Positions 51,301-58,940 of a DNA stretch of 62,723 nucleotides are shown in pieces. The DNA is from Candidatus Kuenenia stuttgartensis (GTDB lineage: Bacteria > Planctomycetota > Planctomycetia > Pirellulales > UBA1268): the NCBI GenBank assembly GCA_945890755.1, contig CAMDDA010000002.1, positions 1 to 62,723 on the forward strand, read 5' to 3'. Position 1 is the stretch's first letter, and each line of letters opens with the position of its first letter. A model generated the notes under the pieces. It made no database searches, was not told the origin of the DNA, and saw only the letters and a program-made list of their open reading frames with translations. The translations under genes were made by a program, and so were the position numbers.

Positions 51301-51626
51301 GCGACGAGCTCGTGGTGCGGCTCGTGGTGACGAGCGACCGCGACTACCAGTTCCTGGAACTGGCCGATCACCGGCCGAGCCTCACCGAGCCGGTGGACGT
51401 GCTCTCCGGCTGGCGGTGGGGGGACGGCGCCGGCTGGTACGTCGCCATCCGTGACGCCTCCACGCAGCTGTTCTTCGAGCGGCTGCCGCGGGGCACGCAT
51501 GTGTTCGAGTATTCGCTGCGGGCGGTCCACCGGGGCACGGCCTCGAGCGGCTTCGCCACGATCCGCAGCCGCTACGCCCCCGAATTCAGCGCCCACTCCG
51601 CCAGCGTGAACCTCGAGGTGAAGTAG
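45387..51626 (+). CDS. alpha-2-macroglobulin family protein, thioester-less, 2079 aa
   Basis: Signal/anchor MLLCPSRRLPAVSVLIGLVILGG and a long series of MG-type beta-sandwich regions. The thioester-domain context LPAIMEQADESTETLFTRLYANAL has Ile-Met where G-C-x-E-Q is expected (nt 49953-49964). ATG at 45387 sits 6 nt after GGAGAAG. Confidence 0.85.
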   Translation: MLLCPSRRLPAVSVLIGLVILGGIAVMHRSSQATENAASPRAAAWGSVQQALEEGKPKTALESLAGIEQAAIQEKAWAEAARAIATRILAETGDRPGDDPERVIRLAAAIETAPAETRGVLQAIRANWTWGYFQANRWRYQQRTPGSVSPPQGGADATELAKLAEWDLPTIVAEIRSRFAAAVGAAGSPERKLLQSLPVADWSMLIEKGTQPDAYRPTVWDVVIRNAVEFAASGERGLVDPEDAFELVGSSPALGTRDEFLAWKPEADPAVTDTAAPVLDTLRLYRELIAFHTADADKTALLSADLDRILWAGSVAVADDGPAALAARKRQALEAFAARAGDHETAALATYHAAASLHGEGDLVAARRLAAGVIDAQPNSPGAALCRNLIAEIEAKNLALATERSWAEPWPAIRVSYRNLARLHLRLVKADWLERLRAGKQLDWFDDEDRAAILKLPAVREQAVDLPATPDYQERHEDVPVTELDPQGLEPGGYFVIATARPDFGGTDNVVAAAFVRVTRLAIVIEQGGAGHVVNIATGEPVAGANVKAYVGSWDNARNRQVFKEHGPATTDKDGRFSLKVPEPAHNVVIVASATLDGATHEASTDRTQIWQQHRPHPHGAVVLVTDRGIHRPGQMVHYKGIACSVDQAGAKYAAAASVAVDVVFRDANGREVAKARHTTTANGSFHGNFPIATGALPGQWSIQAQAAGQQPAAGGVGVRVEEYKRPKFKVELAKPAEAVPLGGTVTLTGTATTYTGLPVAGAKVAWRVERQVRWPIWCRWFFPWLPFDSGGQRIARGTAVSDANGAFAIAFPAKPDRSVPKDSLPVFTFAVTADITDAGGETRSAEQSVSVGYTDVEATVTADAWQAVGGAGEPAAVAVTVNTTTLDGVAKGATGTLTVSRLVQPAEVDRGSFAGPMPRPVPFRGDQAGLPRPSEVDPANPDTWATGEALLTEKLVTDAATGKAVATAKLPAGIYRAVFAIPAAGDVPAVKAEQVVEVLDPRAERYGVKRPLALVSATTTVEPLSEYTGLIGTGYDRGRAFVEISQAGKVLERFWTQPGRTQWPVKFKVGAEHRGGFTVRTWMVRDGRLHDRTQVVDVPWTDKKLAVTWERFTRRLEPGAKEVWRAKIMSVADPVAGPAAPARAEMLAILYDQSLDALAAHEWPAAGLAGLFRRESGPMPLAFTNAGCGLVQLLWAFDVKHVDVPELTYRQFREPFGPQPWGMFGAGARLMRGGRMMADRGMPMPAAAMAADAEPERAESLTAALVEKAVNRRKQSAAEDGTGGLRPAAAATAAPPPPRKNLVETAFFLPALSSDTEGNVTIEFTVPDTLTTWQFKALAHDAALRSGTLVDTCVSAKDLMVEPLMPRFLREGDVVRIPVKVGNKSTGRLTGTVTFALADARTDASRDDLIEGSREQAFDLAAGESKPFVFTVKVADGTDALRYLATGRAGTASDGEEAMLPVLPRRVLVTETVPVTIRGPGERVVSLDRLAKTVGTDIQSQSLVVQAASNPAWYAVLALPAIMEQADESTETLFTRLYANALARHLATRDPRIAKVFEQWKGTDALTSPLEKNTDLVKTLLAETPWVRDAVDETEARARIALLFDATRADNEAAAALQRLTALRNGDGGWPWFPGGQTCDSVTLGIIAGFGRLRAAGVPLDMQPALQAIPWLDRRLVEERTWAAKRWGDKPDDVVLTPIGGYALYARSFFRDDAPPQGEAAAAIRWGLDVAKRTWAKLDGRMTQGHAAIALVRAGERETALSIIDSLKQRAVDADVKPGAEKDSWQGMWWRDPHPGWWSWNYAPIATQTIMIEAFDEVAGDKDSVEAMKVWLLAQKRTSQWPGSRATADAVSALLGRGTDLFASQELLEVTIGGARIEPAKMEAGTGFFEERLVRREITQQAAEIRLVKKDAGLAWGGVHWQYLDDISQVPAAGREELAIEKQLFVKRFTKAGPELVPIAGAAGGAAVEPGDELVVRLVVTSDRDYQFLELADHRPSLTEPVDVLSGWRWGDGAGWYVAIRDASTQLFFERLPRGTHVFEYSLRAVHRGTASSGFATIRSRYAPEFSAHSASVNLEVK

Positions 51627-51637
51627 ACTTCGGGGTC

Positions 51638-52039
51638 ATGGCTGATCCAGTTGCCGACGAACCGCTCTCGCTCACGAATGAGCTGGCCCGCGAGCGTAAC
51701 CGCGAGGCGGCCGACCGCACGCTGCTCGCCTGGATCCGCACGAGCCTGGCGATGATCTCGCTCGGCTTCGGCATCGAGCGGCTGGGTCAGGCGGCCGTCG
51801 GACTCGATGCCGCGTTGGTCGGCTTTTCTCCGCTCAAGACCCGGATCGCCGGTGGCCTTCTCATCGCGCTCGGCATGGCCGCCACGCTGGCAGGCATCTG
51901 GGAGCACCGGCACATGCTCCGGGCGATTTGCGACGCGGACTACCGCTACGCCGACCGTCCGGCGATCGCACAATACATGGGCTATGCCTTGCTGGCGGTG
52001 GCCGCAGCGGCCCTGATCGTCATCCTCTTCGGGCTGTAG
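51638..52039 (+). CDS. DUF202 (YidH) family membrane protein
   Basis: NELARERNREAADRTLLAWIRTSLAMISLGFG followed by two further TM segments. Confidence 0.75.
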   Translation: MADPVADEPLSLTNELARERNREAADRTLLAWIRTSLAMISLGFGIERLGQAAVGLDAALVGFSPLKTRIAGGLLIALGMAATLAGIWEHRHMLRAICDADYRYADRPAIAQYMGYALLAVAAAALIVILFGL

Positions 52040-52040
52040 C

Positions 52041-52216
52041 CACCATGGACGCCGCCCCGGCGTCATGATCCCCCGGCTTGCGCCTGGGGGCTTCCTTGAA
52101 TGCCACATAGAAGCCCTGAGCGCGAGCGAGGGGATCGCAACGCATGATCCCCCGGCTTGCGCCCGGCGGCTTCCTTGAATGTCCGATAGAAGCCCTGAGC
52201 GCGAGCGAGGGGATCC
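52041..52216 (+). repeat. REP-B composite cluster: leader plus two tandem ~79-nt hairpin units
   Basis: CACCATGG... leader, then the unit GATCCCCCGGCTTGCGCCTGGGGGCTTCCTTGAATG.C..ATAGAAGCCCTGAGCGCGAGCGAGGGGATCGCAACGCAT at 52064-52142. A truncated second unit follows at 52143-52216. Confidence 0.9.
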
Positions 52217-52315
52217 TTGACCGCCGGCGTAAAATTCGGGTGCAGGGGCAGGAGCACTCGTCAGACGCTGGTTACCGGTCGCATGTGCCGGTCGCCGCCT
52301 GCGCGGAGGTGATGC

Positions 52316-54160
52316 ATGACGCCGCCATTCTTCGCCCGCCCCCGGCCGCGACGCCCCCGGCTCGAGCTGCTCGTGATCGAATATTGCGAGTCGCGGCTCG
52401 CCCTCGCCGCCCCCGAACTCCCGGCCTACGACATCGGCAGTCCCGACTTCCTGGAGATCTGGGTCGATCCCGCCGCCGGCGACGACGCCCGCGGCGGGGG
52501 TTCGCGAGATGAGGCGGTGCGCACCGTGAGCGAGGCCTGGCGCCGCATCCCCGTCGGCGTGCCGCTCGCCCGGGGCGTGCGGATCAATCTCGCTGCCGGC
52601 ATCTACGGCGAATCGCTCGTGCCGAACTACTGGGAGCGACGGCACGGCACGGCCACGGCGCCGATCATGATCCACGCTGCCGATGGCAGCGGTACCGTCA
52701 CGCTGCCGAACATGAACGTCTTCGACTGCCGCCACCTCGTGCTCGACGGCCTCACACTCACGGCCGGCGGCGGCGACGTGCTCCACCTCGAGGCCTGCAC
52801 CCACGTGCTCGTCCGCAACACCACGCTCCGCGGCACCGGCGACATCGCCGCATACGCGGCGCCGCAGGAGACGTTCAAGGCCAACCAGTGCCAATACGTC
52901 TACGTCGAGAACTGCGACATCTCGGGCGCCACCGACAACGCGATCGACTTCGTGGCCGTACAGTTCGGCCACGTGGTGGGCAGCCGCATTCATCGGGCCG
53001 GCGACTGGGCGATGTATGTGAAGGGGGGCTCGACCGCGCTCACGATCACCGGCAACGAGATTTTCGATGCAGGCACCGGGGGCTTCACCGCGGGGCAGGG
53101 CACTGGGTTCGAGTTCATGGTGGCGCCCTACCTCACCTATGAAGCCTCCGACATCACGTTCACCCACAATGTGATCCACGATACGCAGGGCGCCGGCATG
53201 GGCGTGAACGGCGGCTTCAACATCCTGCTCGCCGACAACACGCTCTACCGCGTGGGCACGCGAAGCCACGTGATCGAGGTGGTGCACGGCCTGCGGAGCT
53301 GCGACGGCGACGCGGTCACCTGCCGGGCCCATCTTGCTCGAGGCGGCTGGGGCACTGCGGTGGTCGGCCACGAGGAGTCGATCCCGAATCGCAATGTGTT
53401 CATCTACAACAACGTGGCATTGAATCCGGAGGGTGTGGTGAGCCGCTGGCAGCAGTTCGCCGTCGCCGGTCCACGCACGCCGTCGGCCGGCTCGAACATC
53501 CCGTCGCCAGCCCGCGCCGATGACAACCTGCAGATCCGTGGCAACGTGATCTGGAACGGGCCGGTCGAGCACGCCCTCGGCATCGAATCCACTGCCCTCG
53601 CGGCCGACGTTCGGTCTCACAACGCGATCAACACGCTGCGACCCGTGCTCGTCGATCCGACTCGCGGCGACTATCGGCTCGCGCCGTCGTTCACGCCGCC
53701 GCGGTACGCGGTGCCCGCCTTCGCTGAAACGCTGCCGGGGGGCCCGGTCGTGCTGCCCCCCGTCACGTCGCCGGTCGGCCCGCCGGCTGACACCGTCGCG
53801 CCGCGAGCGGTGCGAATCGAGATGCCGGCCGCAGGCCGTTACCGCGTGGGTGATGCCCTCGTCTTCACCGTTCGGTTCTCCGAGCCGGTGGCCGTCGCGG
53901 GGGCGCCGCAGCTCACGATCTCAGTCGGCGGCCGCCGCCGCGTGGCGGTCTACGAGTCGGGCTCTGGCTCCGATGCGGTCGTCTTTCGCTACACGCTCCG
54001 ATCGGGCGACGGCACGCGGCCGACGGTGAAGGTCGCGCGAACCCTGGCCACCGAGATGGCGGCGTTGATCACCGACGCCACAGGCAACCGTGCCGAGACC
54101 AGCCTGCCGCGGGCGGCCAGCCGCAGCCTGCGGATCCGTGCCGCGACGATCGCCCGCTGA
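52316..54160 (+). CDS. right-handed parallel beta-helix repeat protein with a C-terminal Ig-like domain, secreted
   Basis: The Arg-rich leader [26 protein letters not shown] is typical of planctomycetal secreted proteins. Repeated ...N..I... beta-helix rungs follow (VRNTTLRG, VENCDISG, ITGNEIFD, FTHNVIHD, LADNTLY). ATG sits 6 nt after GGAGG. Confidence 0.75.
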   Translation: MTPPFFARPRPRRPRLELLVIEYCESRLALAAPELPAYDIGSPDFLEIWVDPAAGDDARGGGSRDEAVRTVSEAWRRIPVGVPLARGVRINLAAGIYGESLVPNYWERRHGTATAPIMIHAADGSGTVTLPNMNVFDCRHLVLDGLTLTAGGGDVLHLEACTHVLVRNTTLRGTGDIAAYAAPQETFKANQCQYVYVENCDISGATDNAIDFVAVQFGHVVGSRIHRAGDWAMYVKGGSTALTITGNEIFDAGTGGFTAGQGTGFEFMVAPYLTYEASDITFTHNVIHDTQGAGMGVNGGFNILLADNTLYRVGTRSHVIEVVHGLRSCDGDAVTCRAHLARGGWGTAVVGHEESIPNRNVFIYNNVALNPEGVVSRWQQFAVAGPRTPSAGSNIPSPARADDNLQIRGNVIWNGPVEHALGIESTALAADVRSHNAINTLRPVLVDPTRGDYRLAPSFTPPRYAVPAFAETLPGGPVVLPPVTSPVGPPADTVAPRAVRIEMPAAGRYRVGDALVFTVRFSEPVAVAGAPQLTISVGGRRRVAVYESGSGSDAVVFRYTLRSGDGTRPTVKVARTLATEMAALITDATGNRAETSLPRAASRSLRIRAATIAR

Positions 54161-54163
54161 TGC

Positions 54164-54315
54164 ACCATGGCCGACGCTCCCGCGTCGCGATCCCCCGGCT
54201 TGCGCCTGGGGGCTTCCTTGAATGTCCGATAGAAGCCCTGAGCGCGAGCGAGGGGATCGCAACGCATGATCCCCCGGCTTGCGCCTGGGGGCTTGTATTG
54301 AGGCGAGGGGATCGC
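54164..54315 (+). repeat. REP-B composite cluster, second locus
   Basis: Same CACCATGG... leader, a full unit at 54187-54264, and a second unit with an internal deletion at 54265-54315. Confidence 0.9.
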
Positions 54316-54374
54316 GCGGCGGAAGCCGCGGACGGGCCGCACACGATTCACTCCGGCCGGTATCCTGTGCGGCC

Positions 54375-56057
<1,683 letters not shown>

Positions 56058-56144
56058 CTCTCATGCCCCCGAGAGCGCGCGAGTGGGTATGCTCTCCACG
56101 CGTGTTCACGCCACGTGACGCACAACCTCTCGGAGAAACCGTTC

Positions 56145-56723
56145 ATGGCGAAGAAGAAGGCGAAGGCGGGCAAGGGGTCGACGGGGCGGATCGTTCTGCG
56201 GACGGGCGAGGCGCTCGTGGAGGACGAGGCCGCATGGAGCGCCGCGGAGCCGGAGGTGGTGATCGGCGAACTCGACGGCCCCGTGGGCTACGCGATCGCC
56301 AATCTCATCGGCGACCAGACGAAGGGGCATTCCCGTGTGTTCGCGATCCTCAATTCCGACGTGCAGGTCCGCCCCGCCACATTGATGGTCAGCAAGGTGA
56401 CGGTGAACAACTCGAAGTACACCAATATCCTCATGGGCACCGTGCAGGCGGCGATCGCCCACGGCGTGCTCGACGCCGTTCGCGCGGGCGACATTCCTGA
56501 GAAGAAGGCCAACGACCTCGGCATCATCGTGTCGGTGTGGCTCGATCCGTCGATCACCGAAGTGGAGTATGACCCCGAGATCCTGTTCCGCACGAATCGC
56601 GAGGCGACGGCCAAGGCGCTCCGTAAGGCGATGAACCACGAGCCGTCGATCAAGTGGCTGCTGGCCAACCAGGCGAAGGTGCCGCACTACTTTCACGACC
56701 TCGCCGTCAAGGGCGAGCTCTGA
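56145..56723 (+). CDS. fae: formaldehyde-activating enzyme (Fae) family protein
   Basis: It aligns by eye to Fae: TGEALVEDE...VVIGELDGP, TLMVSKVTVNN, GTVQAAIAHGVLDAVRAGDIPEKKANDLGIIVSVW. It has a Lys-rich N-terminal extension MAKKKAKAGKG. ATG sits after GGAGAAA. Confidence 0.7.
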   Translation: MAKKKAKAGKGSTGRIVLRTGEALVEDEAAWSAAEPEVVIGELDGPVGYAIANLIGDQTKGHSRVFAILNSDVQVRPATLMVSKVTVNNSKYTNILMGTVQAAIAHGVLDAVRAGDIPEKKANDLGIIVSVWLDPSITEVEYDPEILFRTNREATAKALRKAMNHEPSIKWLLANQAKVPHYFHDLAVKGEL

Positions 56724-56738
56724 CGGGCAGCTCGATCG
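56658..56738 (+). repeat. left copy of the 81-nt direct repeat bracketing the rhuM insertion
   Basis: It contains the last 21 codons and stop of fae, plus the reverse-strand remnant of the apbE 3' end. I count 79/81 identity to 58031-58111 by eye. Confidence 0.9.
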
Positions 56739-58030
56739 CGCTTGGCACCTTCTCTGTTCGTCACGGTCATTCGTTCTTCTTTCGTGCCGGGACCCCCCCG
56801 ATCCGTTTCACCTCGGCCTCGAAGTCGCTCTCGAACTCCTGATCCTGGCGGACGCGAAACGTGTCGTAGTGCTCTTCGGCAAGGCGTTTTGCCACCTCGG
56901 CCGATACCTTTCCGGCATTCGTGAGCACCTCGTATTCGTTGAACTGAAGAAATGTGTCGAGTTTGGCGACCCAATCGGCCATCTTCATCGGGATCTGTCG
57001 AGCAGCCTGGTTCTCGGCGTAGTCGAGGTACATCGCCACGATACGTTCCAGTTCTTTGATTTCGCGCTCGATCAGGTAGTTCTTTGCGACAGCGACGTCG
57101 CTCTTGAGAATCTTGCCTTTGGGCGCATTCTTCCAGGTAGTAAGCCCCATGGAGGGCTTGGACGCATCAGCCCGTTCGGCGACGAGTTCGGCTGCCGTCT
57201 TGCCGGTCACCGCCCAGTGCAGCTTGTTCTGTACAGTCTTGAAAAATGTCTGGGTCGTCACGGCGTGCGCGTCATAGTCGATGCTGCACTGTTCGTAGAT
57301 GTCGGTGATCTTGAGATAGAACCGTCGCTCGCTGGCGCGGATCTCCCGGATCCGCTCGAGTAGTTCGTCGAAGTAGTCCTTACCGAACCGCTTATTGAGC
57401 TTGAGACGTTCGTCGTCCAGCACGAAGCCTTTGATGATGAACTCTCGCAGCGTCTGGGTAGCCCAGATGCGGAACTGCGTGGCCTGCGTGCTGTTGACGC
57501 GATAGCCGACCGAAATGATGGCGTCAAGGTTGTAGAACTCGACCTGGCGCTTGACATCCCGATTGCCCTCCCGCTGAACTCTCCAACTTTTTTGGAGAGT
57601 TGCCTCCGGCGTCAGTTCCCCGGACGCGTACACCTCTTTCAGGTGATAGCTCACTGTGCGAACGTCCACGCCGAAAAGCTCCGCCATTCGTCGCTGGTCG
57701 AGCCAAAATGTTTCCGCTTTGAACAGCACCTCCACCCGCACCGAGTCGTCTGCCGTGCGGTAAAGGATCACATCGGCCGAAGGTGGCTCAGATTCGTTCA
57801 CGTCGCTGTATTCTCTCCGAGCAACTGGCCTGGCAGGCCGGATGACTACGTCGACATTTCGGGAAGGTCCGGCCCGGTCACCTGGATGTTGGCCAGCTGT
57901 ACGGCACCATACCTCAAAACAGCCAAATACTCAACAGGCGTTCACTATCTGCGGTGAACCGGCTCACGACGGACGTTACGAGTAGCCTGCCAGGCTCGGG
58001 CGTGGAAACGGCATGATCGCGACCCGGCCA
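56739..58030. mobile_element. 1.29-kb insertion carrying only rhuM, bounded by an 81-nt target duplication (integrase-less islet)
   Basis: It is flanked by direct repeats that regenerate both convergent gene ends. GC content is visibly lower than the surroundings. Confidence 0.55.
56767..57801 (-). CDS. rhuM: RhuM family virulence/DNA-binding protein
   Basis: DVILYRTADDSVRVEVLFKAETFWLDQRRMAELFGVDVRTVSYHLKEVYASGEL..., AIISVGYRVNSTQATQFRIWAT. GTG start. Confidence 0.85.
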   Translation of the reverse strand: MNESEPPSADVILYRTADDSVRVEVLFKAETFWLDQRRMAELFGVDVRTVSYHLKEVYASGELTPEATLQKSWRVQREGNRDVKRQVEFYNLDAIISVGYRVNSTQATQFRIWATQTLREFIIKGFVLDDERLKLNKRFGKDYFDELLERIREIRASERRFYLKITDIYEQCSIDYDAHAVTTQTFFKTVQNKLHWAVTGKTAAELVAERADASKPSMGLTTWKNAPKGKILKSDVAVAKNYLIEREIKELERIVAMYLDYAENQAARQIPMKMADWVAKLDTFLQFNEYEVLTNAGKVSAEVAKRLAEEHYDTFRVRQDQEFESDFEAEVKRIGGVPARKKNE

Positions 58031-58111
58031 CTGCTGGCCAACCAGGCGAAGGTGCCGCACTACTTCCACGACCTTGCCGTCAAGGGCGAGCTCTGACGGG
58101 CAGCTCGATCG
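58031..58111 (+). repeat. right copy of the 81-nt direct repeat
   Basis: It contains the intact apbE 3' end (minus strand) and a fae 3' remnant. The two mismatches are synonymous in the fae frame (TTT/TTC, CTC/CTT). Confidence 0.9.
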
Positions 58112-58940
58112 TGCCGTCGGGGCCGGGCGGAATGCCGAGCACAAGCGCGGCAACCGCCCAGGCGTCGGCGACGGCACACGATGACGCCCGCACCATGGCG
58201 GACGGGGCCGACGGGCTCACGACCTGTCCCGTCCGCGGATCGATCGGCGACCGTCCGAGGCGGCCCGTCGCTGTTGCCAGCGCGAGGCCATCGGCAAGTT
58301 CGATGACGCGACCGCCCGCGCCGAGGGCCACCCGCCAGGCCGTGCCGTCCGGCCGCCGCCCCCACGCCCGCACCTCGCCCCCCAGCTCGACCAGGTGCGC
58401 CGTCGAGCCGAGCTCGCGGAGCCGATCCCCGATCGCATCGACCCCGTAGCCGGGGCCGATCCCGCTCAAGTCGATCGCGATGCCCGCGACGGTCTTGCGT
58501 AGGGCGGGGGGCGTACTCCGTACTTCGACATACTCCATGCCCACGGCGCGATCGCCCCCCGGCGGCGCAGACGTGATGTCGAACGCCCCGTGCGAATCGG
58601 CATGCACCGTGCGGGCGATCTCCACGACAGCCACGAGATCGTCAGCCACCTCGACCCACTCACCAGCCGTGGCGCGATTGAAGCGGCTGGCGTCGGAATC
58701 GTCCCGCCACGTGTTCAGTGCCCGGTCGAGCCGCGCAAGCACGCCCTCCACCTCCCGGTGCACCTCGCCGATCGCCATGCCTGGAACCCCGCGGGCCAGC
58801 GTCACGCGAAACGTCGTGCCCATCGCCGGGCCGGCGAACGTCGGCAGCCCGTCGGCACTCGCTGAAAAAGGTGCCAGCCACCAAATCTGGGCAAGACAGC
58901 AAACTACCCAGATTTGGTGGCTGGCACCTTTTCTGTTCAT
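58080..58940 (-). CDS. apbE: FAD:protein FMN transferase (ApbE family)
   Basis: MGTTFRVTL..., W..DS..S.FN, AFDIT, GIAIDLSGIGPGYGVD, AVADAWAVAL. ATG at 58940 overlaps the upstream stop (ATGA). The predicted signal peptide is MNRKGASHQIWVVCCLAQIWWLAPFSASA/DG. Confidence 0.85.
   Translation of the reverse strand: MNRKGASHQIWVVCCLAQIWWLAPFSASADGLPTFAGPAMGTTFRVTLARGVPGMAIGEVHREVEGVLARLDRALNTWRDDSDASRFNRATAGEWVEVADDLVAVVEIARTVHADSHGAFDITSAPPGGDRAVGMEYVEVRSTPPALRKTVAGIAIDLSGIGPGYGVDAIGDRLRELGSTAHLVELGGEVRAWGRRPDGTAWRVALGAGGRVIELADGLALATATGRLGRSPIDPRTGQVVSPSAPSAMVRASSCAVADAWAVAALVLGIPPGPDGTIELPVRARP
58866..58932. repeat. 26-bp perfect inverted repeat with a 15-nt loop, inside the apbE signal-peptide codons
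   Basis: AAAAGGTGCCAGCCACCAAATCTGGG (58866-58891) pairs with CCCAGATTTGGTGGCTGGCACCTTTT (58907-58932). Confidence 0.95.

Noticed and set aside
45369-51596. Very long minus-strand ORFs (45369-48992, 1207 aa; 49242-51596, 784 aa) antisense to the alpha-2-macroglobulin gene
   Set aside because: They have Arg/Gly/Pro/His-rich low-complexity translations with no recognisable motifs. They mirror a plus-strand ORF with clear family signatures. This is the typical stop-codon-poor antisense frame of a GC-rich genome.
52041-52216. Possible CRISPR array, suggested by the tandem ~79-nt REP-B units
   Set aside because: The units abut directly with no unique spacers. There are only two units per locus, the period is far longer than CRISPR repeats, and no cas genes are present.
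56741-56765. Similarity between the left inner junction of the rhuM islet (TTGGCACCTTCTCTGTTCGTC) and the right arm/flank of the apbE palindrome (CTGGCACCTTTTCTGTTCATC at 58919-58940)
   Set aside because: Only about 19-20 of 22 positions match. My rough estimate is that one such hit is expected by chance in a GC-biased 62-kb window compared against itself, so it does not link the two features.
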